Below, piece after piece: positions 30,663 through 38,466 of a stretch of 64,000 nucleotides of DNA; position 1 is the first letter of the stretch; each line of letters opens with the position of its first letter. Below the pieces are notes generated by a model. That model had not been told where the DNA came from. It searched no databases and saw nothing but the letters and a program-made list of their open reading frames with translations. The position numbers and the translations under genes were made by a program. The DNA is from a bacterium. Its GTDB lineage: Bacteria > Bacteroidota > Bacteroidia > Bacteroidales > FEN-979. The DNA is taken from the NCBI GenBank assembly GCA_037141055.1, contig JBAXDH010000005.1, forward strand, positions 90 through 64,089, given 5' to 3'.

Positions 30663-31997
30663 TTACCTGTGCTTTAACACGGCATCACCAAATTTTTTGG
30701 TGATGAGGATTCCGATTTTTTGTAAAAACTGAATTGGAAGTTCTCCTCCGGCAAAAATATAGATGAGATCATTCTTGATTTTCAACTCGACCGGATCAGT
30801 TCCCACAGTTACAATGATATCGTCCTTTTCAATGCGGACGGGGTTTGTGTTAAACATGACCTTTAGAAGACCGCTGGCTACCGCCTCATTGATTTTTTCA
30901 TTATTCTTCGGTTTTATACGGCTGAAAGCATCGCCGCGGTAGGTGAGGGTTACCTTATTCAGATCGGCGAGGAGCAGGGCTGACTCAATGGCTGAATCAC
31001 CTCCGCCGACAACCATGATATCCTTTCCGGATATTTCTTCAGGTTCTAACAGCCGGTAAGCAACTTTTTCCATAGTTTCACCGGGGATGCCGAGTTTTCG
31101 GGGAGTTCCCCTGCGCCCAATGGAGAGTAATACTGCTGCAGTAGTGAATTGTTCTCCGGTAAGGGTTTCCACTCTGAAATGCCCGTTTTCCGGAACAATG
31201 GCTTCCACTTTTGAATTCTGCCTGATCACAATGGTGTGTTTGTCCAGAACGCTTGTCCAGAAATCAAGTAATTCGGTTTTGCTTGTCTCCGACAACTTCA
31301 CTTTTCCGTGGAGGGGAACATCCATAGCAGTGGTCATCACTATTTTTGACCGCGGAAACGTAAATACAGTGCCACCTAATGTGTCCTGCTCGAGTGTTAA
31401 AAACTTAAGATGATGTTTTTTTGCGTTCAGGGAGGCGGATATTCCGGCTGGGCCTGCTCCGATAATAATGAGGTCGTAGGAGGCTGAATGATTTTTCTTC
31501 AGCGATTTAACGATGTTGTCCACTGCCTGCCTGCCCTGTTCAACGGCATTCTTTATCAAACCCATCCCGCCAAGTTCTCCTGCAATGAAAATCCCCGGAA
31601 CATTGGTCTCAAAATGTTGGTTAACATGGGGTAAATCAACACCTCTTTTTTCCGTCCCGATGCAAAGTGAAATGGCCTGTGTCGGGCAGGCATGAAAACA
31701 TGCACCGTGGCCGATGCAATGGGAGGCATTGATCGTGGTCGCTTTGCCGTTCCTGATACCAAGGATGTCTTTTTCGGGGCAGGCAGAGATGCACGCCCCG
31801 GTTCTGATGCAGCTTCCTTCATCAACGACAGGGTGGAGAGAAACAGGTTCATACAAACCGTCGAGTTTAGCCTGAACGATCTTTTGTTCAACTTTTTTGG
31901 AATCGCGTGATTGTTTGCGCAGGTAAATAAAAATAATGATCAGGCAGAGACCGATCGCTACCGAGTAGATGACAATTTGTTCAAAAATCAGTTCCAT
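30663..31997 (-). CDS. Membrane-anchored ferredoxin-like / FAD-NAD(P)-dependent oxidoreductase (thioredoxin-reductase-like fold)
   Basis: 444 aa. One N-terminal TM helix is followed by RKQSRDSKK (cytoplasmic by the positive-inside rule). Has two degenerate Fe-S motifs CIRTGACISACP and CIGHGACFHACP, a GxGxxG (IIIGAGPAG) and a second dinucleotide motif VVGGGDSAIE. Confidence 0.75.
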   Translation of the reverse strand: MELIFEQIVIYSVAIGLCLIIIFIYLRKQSRDSKKVEQKIVQAKLDGLYEPVSLHPVVDEGSCIRTGACISACPEKDILGIRNGKATTINASHCIGHGACFHACPTQAISLCIGTEKRGVDLPHVNQHFETNVPGIFIAGELGGMGLIKNAVEQGRQAVDNIVKSLKKNHSASYDLIIIGAGPAGISASLNAKKHHLKFLTLEQDTLGGTVFTFPRSKIVMTTAMDVPLHGKVKLSETSKTELLDFWTSVLDKHTIVIRQNSKVEAIVPENGHFRVETLTGEQFTTAAVLLSIGRRGTPRKLGIPGETMEKVAYRLLEPEEISGKDIMVVGGGDSAIESALLLADLNKVTLTYRGDAFSRIKPKNNEKINEAVASGLLKVMFNTNPVRIEKDDIIVTVGTDPVELKIKNDLIYIFAGGELPIQFLQKIGILITKKFGDAVLKHR

Positions 31998-32000
31998 GAC

Positions 32001-32870
32001 TTAGAATATCCAACGATAACCAAAAATGATTGTAACCGCAACGTGAATAATCATGATGATCAGCATAAGAATGGCAAAAGGCAGATGTGCCACGTGCCAG
32101 TATTTAAACAGTTCCTGCATAATAACAAGCCGGTCGATCCTCCTGTTTAGTGAAATGTCACTCTTAACAAGGTTCAGGATTGCTTTCTGCTGCGGTTTGG
32201 TAATGTTGTTTTTCCTGAGAATTGTTTTTACGTTTCGGACTGTCTTTGCGTCTTCCCGGTATTTATTGAAAAAGCGTACAAAAAAGTTTCCCTGATATAA
32301 TTCGACTTTCTTTTTGGTCGAATCAACAATCACATTGTAGCTTTCGTCGTCAAGGGCAACAAGTTCCCGGATGGTGTCTCCGATGTTGCTCTTCATCTCC
32401 CTGACTTCATTTAAACTCAGTTCCCTGCCTTCTATTGTACGCGGTATCTGAATATATATAAATCTGCCTATGATGCCGCTCAGGAAAACCGCAACCATGC
32501 TCCAGAAACTGATAGCAACGAGTCCTCCGAATTTGAAAGAGGTATGAAAAAGGACCAGGATCGGTCCTAAGGAACAGAGGAAAATATGGAATTCAAGCCA
32601 GTGCTTGAGAATACCCACCCGTGTAAGTATCCTGAACCGTTTCCGGATCATGTAAAAGGAGACCCCGATGAGCATCAGGAATGAACCGATTATACCCAGC
32701 CCATGTCCCCAAACTCCGCTGGGTTTCAGTAGTATATAGTCAGGGTGAAAGAACCTGTCTTCAATTCCGAGCCTGTAGTATGGAAATCCGATGTAGGTTA
32801 TTGCAATCAGGGCTGCAGCGACAATGGAGGATAATATTAAGAGATATATGAAATGTGCAATTTTAGACAT
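32001..32870 (-). CDS. Five-TM membrane protein with two His-x13-His pairs (candidate di-haem b-type transmembrane electron carrier)
   Basis: 289 aa with 5 hydrophobic helices. H95/H109 lie in TM3 and H262/H276 in TM5, each pair 14 positions apart. A ~115-aa Lys/Arg-rich loop lies between TM4 and TM5. A 3-nt gap separates it from the flavoprotein gene. Confidence 0.5.
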   Translation of the reverse strand: MSKIAHFIYLLILSSIVAAALIAITYIGFPYYRLGIEDRFFHPDYILLKPSGVWGHGLGIIGSFLMLIGVSFYMIRKRFRILTRVGILKHWLEFHIFLCSLGPILVLFHTSFKFGGLVAISFWSMVAVFLSGIIGRFIYIQIPRTIEGRELSLNEVREMKSNIGDTIRELVALDDESYNVIVDSTKKKVELYQGNFFVRFFNKYREDAKTVRNVKTILRKNNITKPQQKAILNLVKSDISLNRRIDRLVIMQELFKYWHVAHLPFAILMLIIMIIHVAVTIIFGYRWIF

Positions 32871-32922
32871 GGGGTTTAATCAGGAATGTTTTTGCTACGA
32901 AAATCAGTGAAATTTAATTAAG

Positions 32923-32956
32923 CAAAATTAAGCAAAAGAGGGCTTAATTCTTCAAA
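32923..32956 (-). promoter_or_regulatory. Candidate promoter of the cytochrome operon
   Basis: The minus strand has TTTG (32956-32953), a 22-nt spacer, then TAATTTTG (32930-32923), about 50 nt upstream of the ATG at 32870. The -7 box lies inside a tandem ATTAAGCAAA x2 (32917-32936). Confidence 0.3.
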
Positions 32957-32999
32957 TTCATGCAATTGAGAATGATTCTAAATATTGACAATAAAGAGG

Positions 33000-33758
33000 T
33001 TAGCGAATGTTCAGGAAGATCCGCCGGGATAATTCAGCCTGGTGGATAAACATTTGCCTGCCGTTTTGTGTCCGGGCATGTGCTGCAATCCCACGCCTGA
33101 TGAATTCGGTTTCTTCCGGGTTGTAGATCAGGTCATACAAAAAGTGTTCATCTGAAAGGAATTCATAAGGTATTGGAGGGCAGTTGGCTGTGTCGGGATA
33201 CATGCCAAGCGGGGTGGTGTTGATGATGAGCGGGTGGTTTTTGATAACTTCACCGGTCAGTCCGGAATAGGAATAAATGCCTGGTCTGCCGTGGCTGCGG
33301 GAAACAAAATTGAACGGGATTTCCATGAGAGATAATGCACGGGCGATTGCCTTCGAAGCGCCGCCGGTGCCTAATACCAGGGCCGGACCGGGGGGAGGAT
33401 GAGCATTGAAGGACATTATGAACCCCGGGGTATCGGTGTTGAAGCCTTTTGTGAGGGTTTTCCCGCAATTGCGGGTGACTTTAATTGTATTTACCGCGCC
33501 GATTATCCTGGCTTCTTCATCCAGTTCGTCGAGATACGGAATGATGGATTCTTTATACGGGATGGTGACATTCAGACCCGAAAGGTCAGGGCTGCCGGCG
33601 AGAAGATCAGGGAATTGAGCTATATCTGAAAGAGGGAAAAGGCGGTATTCTTTATTGGTGTCGCCTGCTGCAAGGAATTTTTCGTTGTGATAAACGGCCG
33701 ATGATGAATGAGCCAGGGGATAACCGATCAACCCGAATAACTGATGTCCCTCCTCCAT
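33000..33758 (-). CDS. aroE: Shikimate 5-dehydrogenase
   Basis: 252 aa with LFGLIGYPLAHSSS, NVTIPYK and GTGGASKA motifs. Confidence 0.85.
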   Translation of the reverse strand: MEEGHQLFGLIGYPLAHSSSAVYHNEKFLAAGDTNKEYRLFPLSDIAQFPDLLAGSPDLSGLNVTIPYKESIIPYLDELDEEARIIGAVNTIKVTRNCGKTLTKGFNTDTPGFIMSFNAHPPPGPALVLGTGGASKAIARALSLMEIPFNFVSRSHGRPGIYSYSGLTGEVIKNHPLIINTTPLGMYPDTANCPPIPYEFLSDEHFLYDLIYNPEETEFIRRGIAAHARTQNGRQMFIHQAELSRRIFLNIR

Positions 33759-33764
33759 TTCAAT

Positions 33765-33804
33765 GTTTCACTATTTCACCATTTCGCTATTTCACTATTT
33801 CGCT
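33765..33804. repeat. Five tandem 8-mers (minus strand AGCGAAAT AGTGAAAT AGCGAAAT GGTGAAAT AGTGAAAC) filling the comA-aroE spacer
   Basis: Read directly. The array spans the comA stop (33803) to 6 nt before the aroE ATG (33758). The same unit recurs at 53771-53798. Confidence 0.85.
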
Positions 33805-34591
33805 ACTTTAGCTGGAACTTCTTATATTTTGCAGGCAGGAAGCTGAAGAAAGTATCCCCCCTCAAACCAAGGCGCAATGTTTCGAGCGGGATCAGTTCGG
33901 CAGGGGCAATATTTCCAAGGTTCACATTGGCGCCAAAATTTTTGATAAACCAAACCTGCTGTGCTTTTAATGGTGCTTCCCAAAGCAAGTTGGCGGCATC
34001 GATCTTTGCCAGGATTTTGTTTATAAGAGCAGTGTTGGCTTTCCCGGTTGAACCATAAATGCCCACAGTCCCACTCTCGCGTGCTTCGCCAATAACCTTG
34101 AACGAGCCTGCCTGCAACTCTTTTTGCATCATATCAATCCACCGGCCGGGAGCGATCAGGATGCCTGATTCCTTTGAACCAACTTCGGACAATACTGTGA
34201 AGTTTTTGGCCAATTTATGGATGTACTCGCACTTGACATCGTGATCCATGAGCATTGAACCGTCGGAAACCTCAACTGAATCGAGGCCAAGCCGGTCAAT
34301 ATACTTCAGGTAATCATCAAAAAGGTTGCGGATCACAAATGCTTCGAAGAGGGTTCCACCGGCATACACTTTGATATTTGCATCATGGTAGACTTTTACT
34401 TTCTCCTTCACCTTGTTGCCGACAACGGATGTTCCGAATCCGAGTTTGACAAAATCAGCAAGGTGACCTGCCGATTCAACAAAGTCTTCAGCCTCGCGCA
34501 CGCTGAGGCCTTTATCCATCACCATGGCGATTCCGTTTTGCCTTGGCTTGGCTGCACGGTCGGGCAGAAAGGGCAGGGTATGTTCAGTCAT
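33803..34591 (-). CDS. comA: (2R)-phospho-3-sulfolactate synthase (ComA family)
   Basis: 262 aa that aligns well by eye along its length to the Bacillus YitD/ComA sequence as I recall it (FVKLGFGTS, GGTLFE, LSEVGSK, EARESGT, LETLRLGLRGDTF). Confidence 0.85.
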   Translation of the reverse strand: MTEHTLPFLPDRAAKPRQNGIAMVMDKGLSVREAEDFVESAGHLADFVKLGFGTSVVGNKVKEKVKVYHDANIKVYAGGTLFEAFVIRNLFDDYLKYIDRLGLDSVEVSDGSMLMDHDVKCEYIHKLAKNFTVLSEVGSKESGILIAPGRWIDMMQKELQAGSFKVIGEARESGTVGIYGSTGKANTALINKILAKIDAANLLWEAPLKAQQVWFIKNFGANVNLGNIAPAELIPLETLRLGLRGDTFFSFLPAKYKKFQLK

Positions 34592-34600
34592 CCTGGTTGT

Positions 34601-36007
34601 TTACTTTTTAAACGATTGAATTATTTCAGCTATTCCGGCGTGGTTCGATGCTTCCGGGAATGTGGAAAACAGCCGGATATGTCCCTCCTGGTCCATGCTC
34701 ATGGCTTTCAGAAGGGTTTCAGCAGCCTGCTGCGACTTTCCCATCATGAAAAGGTAGTACGACATCCCGAAATAAAAATCAGCGTGTGTTTCATGGTGGT
34801 GCAATCCTTCCTGGAGAACGGCATATCCCGTTTCAAAATCTTTCTGATCGGCATAAACAACTGAGAGATCGAGCCATATGTCCGTGTCTTCGGGGTCGAG
34901 TTCAATAACTTTTCTGTAGGAAATGATGCCTTCACTGATCTGCGCGAGTTTGATCTGGATGTCGCCGAGAATGAACCAGTATTCCGGAATGGAAGGGGTA
35001 AGTTTGATGGCTTTTAAAATGTAAGGCAATGCCGACTGAGGTTTGCCAAGTTCGTCATGGGAGATACCCAGTCCGAGCCAGGCGTCGGCAAACTCCGGGT
35101 CGAGCCCGATTGCTTTGTTGTAATACTCGATGGACGCATCGAACTTCCTGAGTTTCTCATAACATTCCGCTATGTAATAATAAGTTACGGGTTCGGGGTC
35201 CTCGTAAAAAAAAGTTTCAACATAGGTCTCGATCGCTTTATCGAATTTGCCAATGTTGGCATAACAGTTTGCCTTGTTGAAATAAGCGGATGAAAAAGTG
35301 TCGTCAATGGCCAGCACATAATCATAGGCGTCGATGGCCTTTTCATAAAGGTCGATGTTGCTGTATGCGATTCCGAGGTTAAACCAGGCAGCGACGGAAT
35401 AAGGCTGCCGGTTGAGGAAATCATTGAGGAATTCGATGCTTCGGTCCGTTTGTTGCGAAACTTCGCAACAAAATGCAAATTCATACAGGGCCGCATCATT
35501 TTCCGGATTCATTTCCAGGGCCTTCAGTAAATATTCGATGGCCTTGTCATATTTGCCCATGTTTTCGTATTCAAAGGCAATGCTTGAAAATATGTCGTCG
35601 AGATAATCGGCTCCGTCGATGGCCTTTTTATACTCTTCAATGGCTTTTTCGGGTTTTTCAAGCTGGCTGTAAAGGTTCCCTTTTGCAAGATGAAGGTCGC
35701 TGTCTGAAGAATCGGCCTGCTCGATCTCTTTTAGGATCCGCAGGGCTTCATGATCTTTTTTTGCATTTACCTGGAATTGAGCCAGTTTAATCAAAATGGA
35801 TAAAGAGCCCGGATGCTGTTCCAGCGCCTGGTTTATGGTCTGAAATGCCTTCCGCTGTTCGTTTTTGAAGAAATAATACTCAATGATCTCTTCAAATTCG
35901 TCAACATCGAAGAAAAAATGCTGCTCCTGCAGGATCATTTTCTCAAACCGTCCGACTAGCGACAGCGTTTCACCGTCAAAATATGAATCAAAAGGCTCTT
36001 CCATCAA
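34601..36007 (-). CDS. Tetratricopeptide (TPR) repeat protein
   Basis: 468 aa with many 34-aa repeats containing A..Y..AL..(D/N)P. Confidence 0.7.
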   Translation of the reverse strand: MMEEPFDSYFDGETLSLVGRFEKMILQEQHFFFDVDEFEEIIEYYFFKNEQRKAFQTINQALEQHPGSLSILIKLAQFQVNAKKDHEALRILKEIEQADSSDSDLHLAKGNLYSQLEKPEKAIEEYKKAIDGADYLDDIFSSIAFEYENMGKYDKAIEYLLKALEMNPENDAALYEFAFCCEVSQQTDRSIEFLNDFLNRQPYSVAAWFNLGIAYSNIDLYEKAIDAYDYVLAIDDTFSSAYFNKANCYANIGKFDKAIETYVETFFYEDPEPVTYYYIAECYEKLRKFDASIEYYNKAIGLDPEFADAWLGLGISHDELGKPQSALPYILKAIKLTPSIPEYWFILGDIQIKLAQISEGIISYRKVIELDPEDTDIWLDLSVVYADQKDFETGYAVLQEGLHHHETHADFYFGMSYYLFMMGKSQQAAETLLKAMSMDQEGHIRLFSTFPEASNHAGIAEIIQSFKK

Positions 36008-36159
36008 ACAAATTAGATCATCGGGAAAGTGTACCCGGATGTTTCGGCAAAATTACGAAAAAATCGGATGTCGGAAAACGGGTTGATGCCGGGATTTCTT
36101 TTTTTTAACAGATACGGCAGATAAATTGGAAAACTTATACATTTGCCTGAAAATAAAGT

Positions 36160-37554
36160 ATGGCACTTATCAAATCTATATCAGGCATAAGGGGAACCAT
36201 TGGCGGAAAACCCGGTTTGGGCCTTACCCCGGCCGATCTTGTCCGTTTCACGGCTGCCTATGCAACATTTTTAAGCGAATCGCATCCGGGCGAAAAATTA
36301 TACGTTGTTGTAGGGCGCGATGCGCGGATTTCAGGTTCGATGGTGAACAATGTTGTTACCGGCACGCTGATGGGCATGGGGGTGAATGTCCTCGACATCG
36401 GCCTGACTACAACACCAACAGCTGAGATTGCCGTTGTGGAAGAGCATGCACACGGAGGGATCATCCTTACAGCCAGCCACAATCCGAAACAATGGAATGC
36501 GTTGAAATTGCTGAATCACAAAGGCGAATTTCTCTCCGCTGCAGATGGTGAGCGGGTCCTGGCAATATCTGAACAGGCCGGTTTTGTTTTTGCCGAAGTC
36601 AATGACCTGGGGTATTATAAAACGGATGACTCCTATATTCAGAAACATATCGACAAAGTGCTTGCGCTTCCGCTGGTTGATGTCGCGGCAATCAAACAGG
36701 CACACCTCAGGGTCGTGATTGATGCGGTAAACAGTACGGGCGGCATTGCGATTCCTGCATTGCTGAAGGCTCTCCAGGTGAATACAGTCGACCAGTTATA
36801 CTGCGATCCCACCGGCCATTTCCCACACAACCCTGAACCGCTGCCCGAGCATCTGGGAGATATTTGCGATGCAGTGGTTAAAAATCACGCCGACCTTGGC
36901 TTTGTTGTCGATCCGGATGTTGACCGGCTTGCCATCATCAACGAGATCGGGGAACCGTTTGGGGAAGAATACACACTTGTTGCAGTGGCAGATTACGTCC
37001 TGCAGCATGAGAAGGGCAACACGGTTTCGAATCTTTCGTCAACCCAGGCCCTGAAAATTGTAACTGAAAAAGCCGGCGGCGAATATTTTGCCTCTGCGGT
37101 TGGCGAGGTGAACGTCGTGGAGATGATGAAGGAAAAAGGCGCCGTGATTGGCGGTGAGGGCAATGGAGGTGTGATTTACCCGGAACTGCACTATGGCCGT
37201 GATGCACTTGTCGGCATTGCCCTGTTTTTAACCTGCCTGGTGAAATCCGGGAAAAAGTGTTCAGCCCTGCGGGATCAGTATCCCGACTTTTACATCTCGA
37301 AAAATAAGATTGAGTTTTCCCCGGAGATGGATATTCAGAAGATACTGGGAGCGATTATCGAAAAGTATAAATCGCACCCGATTTCCACCATCGATGGCAT
37401 CAAAATACATTTTGAAAATGAATGGGTGCACCTGCGCCGTTCGAATACGGAACCGATCGTCAGGATTTATGCTGAAAGCGACATGTTGATCAAGGCTGAC
37501 AACCTTGCTAAAAAAATAATCAACGACTTTAAGGATATTTTAAAAGACCTTTGA
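36160..37554 (+). CDS. glmM: Phosphoglucosamine mutase
   Basis: 464 aa with the phosphohexomutase active-site loop TASHNPKQWNALK, the metal loop DPDVDR and the sugar loop GGEGNGG. Confidence 0.85.
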   Translation: MALIKSISGIRGTIGGKPGLGLTPADLVRFTAAYATFLSESHPGEKLYVVVGRDARISGSMVNNVVTGTLMGMGVNVLDIGLTTTPTAEIAVVEEHAHGGIILTASHNPKQWNALKLLNHKGEFLSAADGERVLAISEQAGFVFAEVNDLGYYKTDDSYIQKHIDKVLALPLVDVAAIKQAHLRVVIDAVNSTGGIAIPALLKALQVNTVDQLYCDPTGHFPHNPEPLPEHLGDICDAVVKNHADLGFVVDPDVDRLAIINEIGEPFGEEYTLVAVADYVLQHEKGNTVSNLSSTQALKIVTEKAGGEYFASAVGEVNVVEMMKEKGAVIGGEGNGGVIYPELHYGRDALVGIALFLTCLVKSGKKCSALRDQYPDFYISKNKIEFSPEMDIQKILGAIIEKYKSHPISTIDGIKIHFENEWVHLRRSNTEPIVRIYAESDMLIKADNLAKKIINDFKDILKDL

Positions 37555-37558
37555 TCTT

Positions 37559-37786
37559 ATGCCCGGGAAAAAAGCAAAAAAAACGCGGAAGAAGCTTAAA
37601 TATAAAGTCATCACCATAAAAGTGACGGCCCGCCAGAAGAAATCACTGATGAACTTCAGCAAATCCCGCCGGACTACGCCGAACAAACTGATTAAAAAGG
37701 CGATCCGCCCGTTGCTGGAAAATTATGCGGGGCTGGAACCTGGAACTCAAACAGCAGCAAAGGCAAAACAGCTGGAACTTTTCTGA
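37559..37786 (+). CDS. Small basic hypothetical protein, possibly ribbon-helix-helix-like
   Basis: 75 aa. ATG lies 4 nt after the glmM stop. Has a Lys-rich N-terminus, then ITIKVTARQKKSL / TPNKLIKKAI, which resembles an RHH strand-helix. Weak evidence. Confidence 0.3.
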   Translation: MPGKKAKKTRKKLKYKVITIKVTARQKKSLMNFSKSRRTTPNKLIKKAIRPLLENYAGLEPGTQTAAKAKQLELF

Positions 37787-37795
37787 CGGCAGCGG

Positions 37796-38419
37796 TTATT
37801 TGCGTGACAATCCCGATTCGTAGGGAGTCCGGTTGATGATTGACCGCCCGAGGGTCACCTCATCAGTGTGTTCAAGTTCATCGCCGATAGAAACGCCCCG
37901 GGCGATTGTTGTCAGTTTCAGCGGATATAGTGAAAGCTTTCTGAATAAATAAAAATTTGTCGTATCCCCTTCGATGGTGGTTGGCAACGCCATGATTATT
38001 TCCCCTACGCCGCCGGCTGCAACCCGGGTGAGCAGTGAGTCGATGTGAAGATCGTGCGGGCCGATTCCATCCATGGGGGAGATGATGCCTCCCAAAACGT
38101 GATAAACGCCCGCAAACTGACCGGTGTTTTCAATGGCCATCACGTCGCGGATGTCCTCCACTACGCAAATGATCGCATGGTCGCGTTTGGGATTCGCACA
38201 GATGGCGCAAATTGCCTGGTCCGATATATTCCTGCATTCTGTGCAATAAATAATTTCATTGCGCATTTTAATGACGGCCGATCCAAGCGACTCGACTTCC
38301 TGGACGTTGCGTTTCAACAGGTGCAGCGCCATGCGCAGGGCTGTTTTACGGCCAATGCCTGGCAGTTTTGCAAGTTCGTTGACCGCTTGCTCCAGAAGTT
38401 TTGACGGATAGGTTTGCAA
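37796..38419 (-). CDS. recR: Recombination protein RecR
   Basis: 207 aa with HhH ([13 protein letters not shown]), a C4 zinc finger (CTECRN...CAIC) and a Toprim domain. The start codon is apparently TTG. Confidence 0.9.
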   Translation of the reverse strand: MQTYPSKLLEQAVNELAKLPGIGRKTALRMALHLLKRNVQEVESLGSAVIKMRNEIIYCTECRNISDQAICAICANPKRDHAIICVVEDIRDVMAIENTGQFAGVYHVLGGIISPMDGIGPHDLHIDSLLTRVAAGGVGEIIMALPTTIEGDTTNFYLFRKLSLYPLKLTTIARGVSIGDELEHTDEVTLGRSIINRTPYESGLSRK

Positions 38420-38432
38420 GTGAAATAATGAT

Positions 38433-38450
38433 TTACTTTTGCAAAAGTAA
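38433..38450. promoter_or_regulatory. Perfect 18-bp palindrome TTACTTTTGCAAAAGTAA in the divergent recR / MORN-protein spacer
   Basis: Read directly. It presents TTTG on both strands, so it may supply -33 elements for both divergent promoters or act as an operator. Confidence 0.35.
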
Positions 38451-38466
38451 TTTATTAAGGATTATA

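Noticed and set aside
32969-32979. AATGATTC inside the palindrome upstream of the cytochrome operon resembles the AATGATTA half-site of the candidate SOS operator
   Set aside because: It is a single 7/8 match with no second half-site at the 23-nt spacing in either direction. This is insufficient to propose SOS control of the cytochrome operon.
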